Assembly: GCF_006345805.1 (NCBI RefSeq)
Contig: NC_043015.1
Location: 48,050,001-48,114,000, forward strand
DNA from: Octopus sinensis
Lineage: Eukaryota
DNA length: 64,000 nt
Direction: 5' to 3'
The notes under the pieces: generated by a model
Told to the model about the DNA's origin: nothing
What the model saw: only the letters and a program-made list of their open reading frames with translations
Databases searched by the model: none
Shown here: positions 63,593 to 64,000 of the stretch, piece after piece
How positions within the stretch are numbered: the stretch's first letter is position 1
Layout of the letters: each line of letters starts with the position of its first letter
Program-made: the position numbers and the translations under genes

Positions 63593-63829
63593 TTAATCTT
63601 TCCAGTCCCACATTGGAGGTACAAACTCTTCATAATCGGTATTATAGATAAATGTACGAATAAAGGCTTCTTTGTCTGCGGGTTCTGGGTAAGTCGTAGC
63701 AATACCTTCACGATACATATATTCTGCTAAAGATGCTGCAATTGCTGTGGATACTTCATTTATGTCATTTAAAGGAGGATAAACTCGTCCTTCTTCCAAA
63801 TGAGAATCTTTCACTAGATCGGCCAATTT
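63593..63829 (-). CDS. Malic enzyme (ME1/ME3-like), last coding exon; the rest of the gene lies beyond the window end
   Basis: Minus-strand acceptor tttctttacag, then KLADLVKDSHLEEGRVYPPLNDINEVSTAIAASLAEYMYREGIATTYPEPADKEAFIRTFIYNTDYEEFVPPMWDWKD*. The HLEEGRxYPPL, YPEP and DY motifs are those of the malic enzyme C-terminus. The paralogue cannot be assigned from one exon. Confidence 0.93.
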   Translation of the reverse strand, partial: KLADLVKDSHLEEGRVYPPLNDINEVSTAIAASLAEYMYREGIATTYPEPADKEAFIRTFIYNTDYEEFVPPMWDWKD

Positions 63830-64000
63830 CTGTAAAGAAAGTAAAAGAAATTTTTTAAAAAGTTTTAGAGAAAACAAGTCTTGAAATAGCATCATCATCA
63901 TCATCATTTAATGTCCATTTTCCATGCTGTATGGTTGGATGGTTTGACCAGAGCTGACAAGCGGGAGAGCTGCACCAGATTCCACTTGCCTGACTTCTAT

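Overview
This is AT-rich, repeat-saturated animal genomic DNA. The SINE families, (TA)n/(CAT)n tails and large introns point to a coleoid cephalopod, most likely Octopus; this is an inference, not a database result. Two protein-coding genes are well supported. One is a complete 11-exon Cyclin C gene (+, ATG 35550 to TAG 58238, 290 aa, all GT-AG junctions in frame). The other is the last coding exon of a convergent malic enzyme gene (-, 63593-63829). The rest is mostly mobile DNA: at least four SINE families; decayed CR1, RTE, Jockey/CR1-group, HERO (R2-like) and Penelope-like retroelements; maT, mariner and Tc1/Tc2 fragments; piggyBac-, hAT- and Merlin-type MITEs; Helitrons and a Helentron-type element. 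The most interesting signals are RNA-structural. (1) A tRNA-headed SINE-like element ends in a minimal hammerhead ribozyme and has a head-to-head inverted 5' duplicate (61984-62500). (2) A permuted or pseudoknotted arrangement of all hammerhead core residues sits in the 3' UTR of a HERO retrotransposon (19170-19247). (3) Further hammerhead-like cores occur in an inverted repeat (33836-34051) and beside a Penelope-like ORF (4212-4260). One SINE family also shows an RRTAT(T) target preference that matches a site inside itself, which would explain its tandem arrays. No ribozyme activity has been tested, and repeat boundaries are approximate unless a TSD or TIR fixes them.
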